Of a stretch of DNA of 64,000 nt, positions 36,090-48,709 are shown piece after piece. Numbering within the stretch: position 1 is the stretch's first letter; every line of letters starts with the position of its first letter. The notes below the pieces were generated by a model that saw only the letters and a list, made by a program, of their open reading frames with translations, was not told the origin of the DNA and made no database searches. Both the position numbers and the translations under genes were made by a program. This DNA comes from Azolla caroliniana (lineage: Eukaryota > Plantae > Polypodiophyta), in assembly GCA_043228905.1 (NCBI GenBank), contig JBHGNT010000018.1, positions 8,246,001 through 8,310,000 of the forward strand, in the 5' to 3' direction.

Positions 36090-37741
36090 AAGGCGGTAGA
36101 AATAGGTATCAACACAGTCGGATGGTTAGGCTTGTGGCTAATGGGTGAGGTCTGCTGGCTATGGCGAACTTGAGCTCTATGATAGGATGGAGAAGAGGGT
36201 GAGGGAGGGGAGCAATGAGAGCAATGAGAGTTAGAAGGTTGGTTTCTGGCCTAGAAGTCTGTGCATGCCTTAAGTCCTTTTAATAGCGTCGCTATCTTCT
36301 CTTTCTTTCTTTTTCTTTTTTCTTTCCGTAACGGTTACATACAATATTCTTTTTACACTATAGTACAAATGGAGCCTCATACTTACTCTGCGGATTTCCC
36401 GGCTTTGTCCTGTCTGGCGGGGAACAGGTTAGGTGGCGTAGGTCCTAGATAAGGTTTAAGGCGAAACCAATTCACTTTTTGTTGTAACACTTCCCCGACC
36501 AACGTCCCAAGTTGAAACGTACCTTGTTCCACTCCCACTATCCAGTACAGGCCTGTCCATCGAAATCTTAATTTTCTTGGCATATGCCCCATGCGTGTTT
36601 GGAAAACTAATACCGCTTTCCCAACCATGAAATCTTTTTCCCGCACATGCCGGTGTCAGTCCAGAAATGCTTTGCGCCACCGTTGTTCTTGCTCCAATAT
36701 GGCCATACTGCGTAACCGCGTTTCGCCTAGCTCCAACAGTTGTTGTAGCCGTATTTGCTCAGATTTGCCCTCTAGTAGCCGGGCTCGTTCTTGAATCCGT
36801 AGACTAGGTACCTGGAATTCGACTGGCATCACAGCCTCCAGCCCAAATGCTAGCCTGAAAGGCGTTGATTGTACGTTGGTCTTATAACTGGTACGGTATG
36901 CCCATAACGCACTATGCAATTTGGTATCCCAATCCGTTCTGTTCTCATTGACTATCTTTTTGAGGATAGTTTGTAGGGTTTTGCTCGTAGATTTTGCCAA
37001 GCCATTTGCCTGTGGGTAATAAGACATACTTTTTTTGTGAACCACAATGTAATGTTGGGTCAGTTCGCTAATGACCGTATTTAGAAAGCAACTTCCTTGG
37101 TCACTAATGAGCTCGATAGGGCAGCCGAAACGACACCATATGTGTTCGTAAAGGAATTTTGCCGTGACTGTCCCAGTATTCTCGCGTAGTGGTTTTGCTT
37201 CTACCCACTTGCTACAGTAATCCGTGGCCACTAGGATATACTTACTGCCAGTTCGAGCGACTGCCGAGCTAAAGGGTCCCACAAAATCTAGCCCCCACTT
37301 TTGGAAAGGATCCAGTAGCAACACTGGTTGGTGTGGCATTCTCGCGACTTGCATGGGCTGGCCCAGTCATTGACATAAATCGCATTGTCTGCAATATTCA
37401 TACGCATCCTTTTGTGTAGTCGGCCACCAAAGTTCCGCTTGCCAGATTTTCCGGGCCGTAACATCGCCCGCGTAATGTCCTCCCGCCGTACCATAGTGGG
37501 CTTCGTGTAGAACCGAGGCCTTCTCATCCTGTCATATTCTGCGCCTCCAGATGCCATCACCGCCTTTGTGGTATAGGATGTCTTCTACTAAATAGAAATT
37601 TCGACTTCGTACGGCCATCCATTTTTTCTCGTCCATCCATAATTGGGGTGGCGGTAACCCCGTGGTCACAAAGTAGGTCATTTCCATCAGCCACCGATCC
37701 GGAAAAGTCTCTTTCTTTTTCGTTCTCCTAGAGTTGCTACT

Positions 37742-40700
37742 TGTCGGGATTCCGTGCTCGGCCACAACCGAGGAACAGGATCGATTCGCAGAAAACGGGA
37801 AATACAACAATGCACGAAAAACAAAAGAGAGAAGAGTACACTGGATGTTTTACGTGGAAAACCCTAAATGGGAAAAAAAAACCACGGGAGTCCTCAAACT
37901 CCAACTATCACTAAAACAGAGATGTACAGTGGTGAAGCTACAGGGCAACAACCTTGAGCTCACTATCTTCACCACAGGCGGTGGTAATACACAGAGGCAA
38001 TGACCTCTTCGTCTCTCTCTCTCTCGGCTGCTCTCACTTCGCTCCCTCTTAGTGGAAAACAGAAAAATGAGCAACAACAGACTTAACTGTTTGCCCTAAG
38101 TCATATTTATACACATATGACTTTCGGGCTATTTACAAATATAGCCTCAAGGGCTCTTGGCAAACATATTCACAAATATGTCTCCGCATCCGGATCTCTC
38201 TCCGGGTACATTCGTCATCCGGCTCCGTAACCGCAACCGGGCTTGCCGTCATTCATCTCCGGACATCCCATCCGGAGGGACCGAAATCCCAACAAACTCC
38301 CCCTTCACTTCGGCATGGGATGTCTCTCCAGTCCGATCCTCTTCCGGCATGCTTCCAGCTTGTCGGGTGTGAGCACCTTGGTCAGCATATCCGACCCGTT
38401 CTTGTCCGTGTGGACCTTCGTCAGCACGAACTCCTTGTCTTCTATCCTTTCCCGGATCCAGTGATATCTTCGCTGGATGTGCTTCGTCCGGGAGTGATAA
38501 GCCGCGTTCTTCGCAAGGTGGATGGCACTCTGACTGTCGCAGTAGAGTCGGTACTCCTCCTGCTGGATACCGAGCTCTCTAATGAAGTCCTTCATCCATA
38601 TTATTTCCTTGCCGGCTTCAACAGCCGCCATGTACTCCGCCTCCGTGGTTGACAACGCAACCGTCTTCTGCAGCCTCGACTGCCATGAAACAGCTCCCCC
38701 TGCATACGTCATCACATACCCTGATGTGGACCGGCTGGTATCTGCATCAGCCGACATATCCGAATCGGTAAAGCCGTCGAATTCGGGCTTACCAGAGCCG
38801 AATCGGAGGCACACGTTTGCCGTGCCCTTCAGGTATTGGAGTATCCACTTGACCGCGTTCCAGTGCTCTTTGCTGGGATTGCTCATGTACCGGCTCACCA
38901 CTCCAACTGCATATCCTATGTCCGGTCTTGTACACACCATTGCGTACATCAAGCTTCCGACGGCAGAGGCATATGGTACTTTCATCATGTCCTCCTTCTC
39001 AGCCTTTGTCTTGGGGCTTTGCTTGCTGGACAACTTGCAGTTTGCCGGGAGGGTTGACACGACCGGTCTTGCTTCCGACATGTTGAACCGTTGAAGCACC
39101 TTTGTCACGTACTTCTCCTGTGACAGCCACAACTGCTTCTTCTTCCGGTCCCGGATGATGTGCATCCCTAATATTTGCCTCGCCGGACCCAAGTCCTTCA
39201 TTGAGAAGGTTCGGTGAAGAGCCTTCTTCAGCATCCGTATCTTGACCTGGTCCCGTCCGACGATCAACATGTCGTCCACGTACAGGAGGAGTATTAGAGA
39301 GTCTCCTCCTTCGAACTTCTTCACAAACACGCAGTGATCAGACTGCGTTTTGTGGTACCCTTCGTCGGTCATGAAGGAGTCGAACTTCCGGTACCATTGC
39401 CGGGGAGCCTGCTTCAGTCCGTAAAGGCTCTTCTTCAACCGGCATACCAGGTGCTCCTTCCCTTTCTTTTCGAATCCTTCCGGTTGCTGCATGTAGATCT
39501 CTTCTTCGAGGTCACCGTGAAGGAATGCCGTCTTCACGTCCATCGGTTCTATCTCGAGGTCCATGCTTGCCGCTATGCTCAGCACCGTCCGGATGGAGGT
39601 CATCTTCACTACCGGGGCAAATATCTCGTCGAAGTCGACGCCCTTTTTCTGCTAAAACCCCTTCACCACGATCCTGGCTTTGTATCTCGGGGGGTTTCCG
39701 GCATCTCCCGGTTTCAGCTTGAACACCCACTTGTTTCGAAGTGCCCGCTTTCCTTTCGGCAACTCCACAAGTTCATATGTGTGGTTCTCATGCAGGGAAT
39801 CCATCTCCTCCTGCATGGCACTCAACCACCTGCGGCTCTGGGTGTCATGCTTTGCTTCTTCAAAGCTCTCCGGCTCTCTTCGTCAGTTAGCAGCACGTGC
39901 TCTGGTTCCGGAAATCTCCGGGGGGCCCTTCTCTCTCTTAGAGGATATCTCCGTTCCGGAGCTTCGGTAACCGGCTCCTCCGTTTCCTCTTCATCCGAAT
40001 CCATTTCGGGATCGGGGCCGGTTCCGGTATCAGTTTCATCTTCCTCGGCCGGTTCTGTTTCTTCACCGTCTTCGGCCGGATCCTCGAGTGCTAACCGGTC
40101 CCTTGCCGGTCGGGACTGCTCTTCGTAGAGTTGATTCTCACCGGTCGACTTGAAGCTCTTAATCTTCTTCTCCGACTCCCAGTCGGCGAGTGTCTTGTCC
40201 TCCATGAAGATGATATCACGACTCCTGAATATCTTCTTGTCGACCGGGTCCCATACTCGGTAGCCGAACTCGTCATCGCCGTAACCGAGGAATATGCATG
40301 GCCGGGTCTTTGGATCTAGCTTTCCTCTCTGGTCCTTAGCCACATGCACATATGCGAGGCACCCGAACACCTTCAGATGCCGGTAGGATACTTCCCTACC
40401 GGTCCACACTCTCTGCGGCGTGTCTCCGTCCAAAGGTACTGAGGGTGATCTATTTATCACGTATGTCGCCGTCGACATCGCCTCAGCCCAAAACCCCTTG
40501 GGTAATTTCGCATGCGCTAGCATACTCCGGACCCTCTCCATTATGGTCCGGTTCATCCTCTCGGCCAGCCCGTTCAGTTCCGGCGTCTTCGGCACTGTAA
40601 ACTCGAGCCGGATTCCCTTCGAGCGACAGTACTCCGCGAACTGCCCCCGGTATTCTCCTCCGTTATCCGCTCGTATCGCTTTCAGCTTCTTGCCGGATTC

Positions 40701-42960
40701 TCTTTCCACTCTCACGTGGAGTTCTTTGAAGACGGACAATACTCGGTCCTTTGTCTTCAACGGTGCTGTCCACAGCTTCCGGCTGTGATCATCAATGAAA
40801 GTCACGAAGTACTGGGCTCCGCCATGTGACTTCGTTTCTACCTGACACACATCAGTGTGCACCAACTCCAATGGTGCGCTACGTCTCGTCGGTGGCCTTG
40901 AGTGGAAGGAGGTTCGGTTCTGCTTACCGGCCAGGCAATCGGTGCACTTCTCCAGGTGCACATGCTTCACTGGAATAAGGTTGTCTTCTGCAAGCCTCTT
41001 CATCCCCTTCTCTCTCATGTGGCACAGTCTTTTGTGCCACAGCTCACCGGCAGTGTCGGCTGCCACATTCAGCTCTTCCGGACACAACCAGGCATTCATA
41101 AGGTACAGTGTGTTGACTTTCCGGGCCCGAGCCACTATCAGGCTTCCCTTGCTGAACTTCATTACGCCGTTCCGGATGCTACCTGTGTAGCCTTCATCGT
41201 CTAGCCTCCCGGCCGAAATCAGGTTCAATCGAACCTCCGGAACGTGTCGGACATCCTTCAGCAGCATTTTGCATCCGGTCGGGGTTGTCAACCATACGTC
41301 TCCTATGCCGGCAATCCGGCACGTACCTTCATTTCCCATCCGAACACAGCCATGTTGACCGGCTGTGTAGGATGAGAAGTATCTACTTTCCGGGGTCAGG
41401 TGGAACGACGCTCCGGAATCGACCACCCAGGTAGTCTCATCGCCGGCAATGTTTAGTTCACCTTCTTCGGTGATGAGCATGATCTCCTCTTCACTTGCCG
41501 CGAGTGCCGTCGTTCCTTTCCGGTCCTGCCCTCGCCGATCCGGACCTCTCCGGTCTGTGGCTCCCCGGTATGCGCCGTTTCGCTCCGGTGACTTCTTCGA
41601 ATCGGTGTCGTCGGATCCGTTGTCTTTTCGGTAATGCCGACAATTCTTCCGGAAGTGCCACGGCTTCCCACAGTGGAAGCATGTGGGTCTTCCTCTTGAC
41701 TGCGACCGGGTCCCCGACTTCTCCCGTCTTTGCGGACTCCGGTTCCATTGTCTTCCCCTTTCCGATTCGGTAAGCAGCGCCTTCGAGTCGGAGGCCGGTT
41801 CTTTATCTCTCCGACGCGCTTCTTCGTTCAAAATACTTGTCTTTACCGTTTGTAGGGACAAGTTATCTTCGGTGCAGGAGGTGCTGAGAGTCACCACCAA
41901 GTTCTCCCAGCTGTCCGGCAATGTACACATCAGGATGATGGCTTGCATTGCATCCTCCAACGGGAACTTGATCGCCGCAAGCTGGTTCACGAATCCCATG
42001 AACGTGCTTACGTGTTCCACCATACTCTCGCCGTCCCGGTACTTGAGGTTCACTATCTTTCTCATCAGGGAGGTCCGGTTCAACGCATTCTTCCTCTCGT
42101 AGAGGCCCGACAGCTTCCTCCACATCTCATATGCGTTGGTGTCGTTCGCCACGTGTTGTAGAACGCTCACGTCGACGTATTGCCGAATGGTTGCAACAGC
42201 TTTCCGGTTCAGAAGCCTCCACTCCGTCTCAAGTACCCCCTTGGGTATTTCCGACCTGTCGATCGGTTCATACAGGTCCCGAACAATGAGCAGATCCTCC
42301 ATATTTATCTTCCAGTCGGCGTAGTTCTGCGCATTTAGCACTATCATCCCCGGCTGCCCGCTGCTGCCGCCTTCCATTTTCTGTGTTACCGTCGCTCTGG
42401 TACAACTTGTCGGGATTCCGTGTTCGGCCACAACTGAGGAACAGGATCGATTCGCAAAAAACGGGAAATATAATAATGCACGAAAAACAAAAGAGAGAAG
42501 AGTACACTGGATGTTTTACGTGGAAAACCCTAAATGGGAAAAAAAAACCACGAGAGTCCTCAAACTCCAACTATCACTAAAACAGAGATGTACAGTGGTG
42601 AAGCTACAGGGCAACAACCTTGAGCTCACTATCTTCACCACAGGCGGTGGTAATACACAGAGGCAACGACCTCTTCGTCTCTCTCTCTCTCGGCTGCTCT
42701 CACTTCGCTCCCTCTTAGTGGAAAACAGAAAAATGAGCAACAACAGACTTAACTGTTTGCCCTAAGTCATATTTATACACATATGACTTTCGGGCTATTT
42801 ACAAATATAGCCTCAAGGGCTCTTGGCAAACATATTCACAAATATGTCTCCGCATCCGGATCTCTCTCCGGGTACATTCGTCATCCGGCTCCGTAACCGC
42901 AACCGGGCTTGCCGTCATTCATCTCCGGACATCCCATCCGGAGGGACCGAAATCCCAACA
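37742..42960 (-). mobile_element. Copia A3: full-length Tork-like element with a distinct LTR subtype and no TSD
   Basis: LTRs 37742-38294 and 42408-42960 (about 7 differences by eye); PPT 38295-38304; mutated PBS TTGTACCAGAGC; flanks ctact / tcttc do not match. Confidence 0.95.
38305..42377 (-). pseudogene. A3 gag-pol with a 1-bp frameshift (about 39878) and a nonsense codon (about 39653)
   Basis: ORFs 39822..42431 and 38305..39609, highly similar to A2. Confidence 0.95.
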
Positions 42961-43931
42961 TCTTCGTCATCCTTTTGCGTTGTTTCTCCACCACGTATTG
43001 CGTACCCGGTCGGTGCTGAATTACAAAGTCTAATTCTTGAAGCAACAACATCCATCTAGCCAATTTCCCTGTCAGCGCTTGTTTCCCTACCAAATATAGC
43101 AACGTGAATTTCTGCCCTAGCAGATAATATCGAAACTTATTGATGTTGTATATAATACGCAGTGCTTCACGTTCCTTTGTGGAATAGTTATGCTCAGCCA
43201 TTGATAGTTTCCGACTAGAGTAGTACACTAGTCGGTACCAATTCGGCTCCGTGAGCTACATTAGCGCACTACCTATTGCTATGTCTGAGGCATCCACGAA
43301 CACGTGGAATTGTTTTGCCCAAACTGCTGGCTGTACGATGGGTGCCTGCGTTAGCATTATCTTTAGCGCATCATGTTGCCGTCAATTTGAAAGGAGTACG
43401 ATGAACGGTGGCATGTAATGGCGTGGCGAAGTCCGCCAAATAGCGTATCATCCGATTGTGCCATCTTATTTGTCCCAGAAACCGGCTGAGTGCTTTCTCG
43501 TTTGTCGGTGTTGTCACGTGAGTAATCGCAGAGATTTTGTTCAGATTGACCGCTATCCCTTCCTTACTGACTATATGGCCGAGGAAAGCCCCGCTGGTAA
43601 CACCAAAGGCGCATTTGGCGGGATTCAAGCTTAAGCGCACTATTCGGTAACACTCCAGGCAAAGTTGTAGATGCGAAAAATGGTCGGCTGTTGTCGCATA
43701 TACCGCAAAATTGTCTAAAAAAACCTACATGAAGGCTGGTATATATTCCCCAAAAATCTCCATGATTGTCCGTTGAAACATAGCCAGCGCCGTCTTTAGC
43801 CCAAACATCATGACGACTGCAACATAGACGCCCCAGTCCGTGACAAACGCCGTCTTCTCTTGGTCGTTTGGGTGCATGCGTACTTGATTGTACCCACTGA
43901 AGCCATCTAAAAAACTCTACATGTCATGCCG

Positions 43932-45877
43932 TAACAAAACAATGGATGCTAGATTCGCCTTTCCCGGCATTGTGTGGCAAAATGTCGTGGTTGTTGGTTA
44001 ACAAAACAATGGATGCTAGATTTGCCTTTCCCGACAACTGGTGGTGCGTGCCGATCCCCGGGTGTGACTTGGTTCTCCCGGTCCTGATTCATTCTTCTAA
44101 GCGTACGCGGTGGTTGTTGTTGGTCCCCATGTGGTTCCTAGTGCTGGTCATTGCTCGAACTTTCATCGTACCACCATTGCTCCAGATACTGACGATGTTT
44201 CCTGCGAGGCCCATTCAAGCCGCCATGTTTCTTCGTCGGATGGTAATTCTCGTGGCGTCAGCCTCCTCTATTATATCTATGGTTGGCTCGGTAGTCTTCA
44301 TCCTCCGGCTCTTCTTCTTCGGAATCATTGTTATTCCGGTGATTCCGGTAGTGCCGGTCATTGCATGGGATATCTTGCAGTCTGCTAGTGATTGCCATAA
44401 GGGATGCAGAGATATTACATCTTCCTCTGAAGGCTCCACATTGTTCGCAGACTCCTTCTGCATACGTTCCTTATTTGCCGCGTTCTCTTTTTCTACCCAT
44501 GCTTGGGTCGTCTGACGTATCTCATCTTGCACAGCCCAATCAACATTTTTTGTTTGCTCTCGTGTTATGACTTGATGGACACCCGCCATAATCATATTGA
44601 CGGCAGGCCCCTTGACTTGCGTTTGCGTAGTGGACATTGTGTGGCATAATGTCCTGGCTGTTGGCAAACAAAACAATGGATGCTAGATTCGCCTTTCTGG
44701 GCAGCTGGTGGTGCGTGTCGATCCTCGGGTGTCACTTGGTCCTCCCGGTCCTGATTCATTCTATTCAGCGTACGTGGTGGTTGTTGTTGGTTCCGATGAG
44801 GTTCCTAGTGCTGGTCATTGCTCGAACTTTCATCGTACCACCATTGGTCCCGATACTGACGATGTTTCCCGCGAGGCCCATTCAAGCCGCCCCGTTTGTT
44901 CGTCGGACGGTAATTCTCATAGCGTTAGCCTCCTTTATTATATCTGTGGTTGGCTCAGTAGTCTTCATCCTCTGGCTCTTCTTCTTCGGAATCACTGTTA
45001 TTCCCGTGATTCTGGTAGTGTTGGTCATCGCATGGGTTATCTCGCAGTCTGCCAGTGCTTGCCATAAGGTATCCGGGGATATTACATCTTCCACGGAAGG
45101 CTCCACATTGGTCGCAGACTCCTTCCGCTTGCGTTCCGTATTTGCTGCGTTCGCTTTTTCTACCCATGCTTGGGCCGTCTTACGTATCTCATCTTGCGCG
45201 ACCCAATCAACATTTTTTGTTTGTTGTCGTGTCGTGACTTGCTGGACATCTGCCATAATCGTATTGATGGCGTGCCCCTTGCCTTTGTATAGTGGACATT
45301 GTGTGGCATAATGTCCTGGCTGTTGGCAAACAAAACAATGGATGCAAGATTCGCCTTTCTCGGCAACTGGTGGTGCGTGCCAATCCTAGGGTATGACTTG
45401 GACCTCCCGGTCCTGATTCATTCTTCTAAGCCTACACGGTGGTTGTTGTTGGTCCCGATGCGGTTCGTAGTGTTGGTCATTGCTTGAACTTTCATTGTAC
45501 CACCATTACTCCAGGTACTGACGATGTTTCCCGCAAGGCCCATTGAAGCCGCCCCGTTTGTTCGTTGGACGGTAATTCTCGTAGCCTCAGCCTCCTTTAT
45601 TATATCTGTAGTTGGCCCGGTAGTCTTCATCCTCCAGCTCTTCTTCTTCGGAATCATTGTTATTTCGGTGATTCCGATAGTGCCGGTCATCCCATGGGTT
45701 ATCTCGCAGTCTGCCAGGGCTTGCCATAAGAGATTTGGAGATATTACATCTTCCTCTGAAGGCTGCACATTGTTCGCAGACTCCTTCCGCGTGCGTTCCG
45801 TATTTGCCGCGTTCTCTTTTTCTACCCATGCTTGGGCCATCTGACGTATCTCATCTTGTGCGGCCCAATCAACATTT
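43932..45877 (-). repeat. Tandem triplication (about 662-665 bp unit) of the Gag zinc-knuckle region of G2
   Basis: The anchor tgtggca.aatgtc.tgg.tgttgg recurs near 43973, 44638 and 45300; units encode HCFVCQQPGHYATQCP-type knuckles. Confidence 0.92.
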
Positions 45878-46604
45878 TGTCAGGAACAGTACTAAGACAG
45901 AGAAGGAATTAGTACTAAACGAAGGATTAGTACTATGAGAGGTGTACTATGAGAGGTGTGGAACTTCTTCGAGAGAAGGAAGAAGTGAGTGAGACGGAGA
46001 GAAAGAGAGAGATCGAGAGAGAGAGAGAGTGATGATAAGAAAGATATGTATTATATGAAGAGAATATACAATGGTGGCTAAAAAGGCTTAAGACTGACGT
46101 TGAACCAATTTGGTTCAATATAATGCCTAGTGCCCTCTTTTATAGTGTTTTCAGGAGTAATCCCGAAGCTTCTAGAATGTTCTAGAGAAATCTGGAATAT
46201 ACACTAATTTCCTATAATAAAATGTAAATGAAAATAATATCCTACGTATTACAATAGATGATTTAATGGTCAAGAGCTCGACCCATATAACCTAAGGTCA
46301 TGGGTTCGAGTCTTGCCATATCATGACACTATCCCCCCTTTAAAACGACGAGTGTCATGAGTCGTCTTGGATTGAGGACCTGGTTTGTGTGGATATTGAC
46401 GATGGAAGTCTTCAAGAAGAGCACGAGCATTGGTCACATTCTCGATCGGTTCCCAAGTACGTTTGCTGGGGCTATAGCCTAGCCAATCGACTAGATAGTA
46501 GAGCTTGTTGCGAACAATCTTGGAATCAAGGATGGCGGCAATCTCGTACTCCGGCCCATCTTCAAGCTCGATCGGGGGTGGAGGTTGGATAAGACGTCCT
46601 GGGA
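45878..46604 (-). mobile_element. H1: 3' end of a Tcn1-like chromovirus (chromodomain, PPT, 3' LTR 45878-46328)
   Basis: EYEIAAILDSKIVRNKLYYLVDWLGYSPSKRTWEP; PPT AAGGGGGGATAG 46329-46340; LTR homologous to the H2 LTR. Confidence 0.92.
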
Positions 46605-48642
46605 CCGATGCACGTCCTGATACAGCCCCAGCCACCAGTACTTCTCCTTCAGCTTCTCGAACATGGCCCACGTTCCGCGGTGTCCAGCCCAGGGGCTCTC
46701 GTGAAATGCCGCTAGTAGTTTCCCCTGTTCTTCTTTCTTTGCCACTACTCGGAGTGGGATGCCGCTTGTCTTCTTCGGGTGCCTCCATATGCACCCGTCC
46801 CGCAGGAAGAATCGGTATGCCTTCTCCCATACCCGGCTCGCCTCCTTTCTCGCCCATGTTGCGTCCGGCATCATCGTCCATAGGAACCTCCCGATTTGGA
46901 GCCACTCCCCGTCATACCTGCTTTCGTCAAATTCGTTAAACGCCGGAGTGTTCCTTTTCCTCGTCGTTACGTTAGCCGACCCGAAGAAGTCCTCGCCGAC
47001 TTCTTCGTCATCTGAAACCATGCCGTCTTCATCGTTGAACCTTGCCCTCGAAAGCATGTCGGCCATGGCGTTGTCCTTTCCGGAGATGTGCCATATCTCC
47101 GGGTTCAAGGACTTAATGTACGCTATCCACGAGAGCATGGCTAGGTCCGGCGTCGCGCATCCGGAAACCATGCTGAGTATTGGCAGGCAATCCGTCTCGA
47201 TGATCACCTCCATCCCAATTAGATAATCCTTGTCGACCTTGACTGCCGAAATGACACCCCAAAGCTCGCGCTTAACTTGGGCGTACCCTCGTTGCCACTC
47301 GCTCAATACCTTTGCCCCGAACCGGATCGAGAATCGTACGCCATCCTTGTCCTCCTGAATGATTACCCACCCAATCCCGGTCGGACTGGTGTCCACCATC
47401 ATGCAGATGGGAACATCCTTGCCGTAAACCGCTTTACGGAGAGCCGGCGCTATCGTAAGCGCCTCCTTCAGTCTCCCTACTGACTTCGTGTGCTCCGTCC
47501 TCCACTCAAATCTATGCCCCTTTTTCAATAGCCCGTAGAGGGGTTCCATGACATGTGCGTAGTGCGGGATCCAGATGTGGTAGAATGCGCATGCTCCCAA
47601 GAATCTACGGACCTCTGTGGCCGATGAAGGACATGGCTTCCACCTTGGCCATAGACGGTTTCCGACCGTATGGTCCGCATAGGTGCCCGACGACCATGAT
47701 CTCTGATTGCCCGAAGCCCGACTTTTCCTCGGAGAAGGTGAGCCTCGCTCCTTCTAGTCTCTGCAACACCTTTTCGCATCGTATCCAGAATAGATCGACC
47801 TTCCAACGAAGGCCTCCGCGAACTCATCTATGGTCGGTCCGATTCCTGCATTACGGATGGTCACCTTGTTGACCGGTTGTAGGTCATGAATGAAGCGCAG
47901 CGTGCCGTTCTTCGGCACCGTAAACCACCGATTCGAGTATGGGGCACTCAATGGTTCGAGGATGCCCATCTCCACCTTTTGCTTCAGGAGCTCCATCAAC
48001 TTCAGGATGTGAGCTCTCAGCATCGGAATTGGCTTGAGATTCCACGGTACATACGGTACCATGAAGATCACCATCGGTTCGACAATTATTGGGTCTACGC
48101 ACCTGATCTCCTCCGGTGAGAATGCGAAAGCCTTCCCATGCCTCCCGAGCATTCTCCGAAACCGGTCCTCCTCCGCCGGCAGTAGAAAGCCGCCCCCACC
48201 GACTGTCATGGCAAGACTCGAACCCATGACTTTATGCTACATGGGTCGAGCTCTTACCATTAGATTATGAATTGTATTTTGTAGGATATTATTTTCATTT
48301 ATACTTTATCATAGAAAATTGATGTATATTCCAGATCTCTCTGGAACATTCTAGACGCTTCAGCATTATTCCTAAAAACACTATAAAAGGAGGCACAAGG
48401 CATTGTTTTGAACCAAATTGGTTCAACGCCAGTCTTAAGCCTCTTAGCCGCTTGTACTTATCTTTTCACATAATATATAGTTGCTGTCATCATCTCTCTC
48501 TCTCTCATTCTCGCTATCTCTCTCTCTCTCCTCTTCTCACTTCCTCTCTCGGGAATCTTACGCAGTCCCGTCCTCTTAGTACTAATAGTACTGCTGTTCT
48601 TAGTACTAATTCCATCTCTGTTTTAGTGCTATTCTTGACAGT

Positions 48643-48654
48643 TTGAACCAATTT
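48643..48654 (+). promoter_or_regulatory. Self-priming PBS of H2 (TTGAACCAATTT), complementary to 48415-48426
   Basis: 12-nt reverse complement of AAATTGGTTCAA, which lies about 33 nt downstream of TATAAAA (48382). Confidence 0.8.
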
Positions 48655-48709
48655 TTTCCTCTAGCCTACTTGTCACTCTCCCTCATCCTCCTACCCTTTT
48701 CCCTATACT

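Larger units (their letters stand above)
32941..45877 (-). mobile_element. G2: degenerate non-chromovirus Gypsy (Athila/Tat- or Phygy-like) with a 3' extra ORF; 5' end missing; hosts A3
   Basis: 3' LTR 32941-33470 (TGTTGT..ACAACA, TATA on -). Extra ORF about 33520-36089. Integrase 36383-37740 (WGLDFVGPF, ISDQG, YYPQANG). RNase H 42961-43330 (NYSTKEREAL). RT 43371-43931. Gag repeats 43932-45877. Confidence 0.85.

Noticed and set aside
46263-46318. Functional tRNA gene
   Set aside because: No acceptor stem, weak T and anticodon stems, and embedded in an LTR; kept only as a tRNA-like finding
46321-46905. G3 integrase acquiring a chromodomain by fusion to H1
   Set aside because: The chromodomain is in a different frame from G3 pol (46491..47600) and the integrase core is absent; this is a deletion junction between two relics
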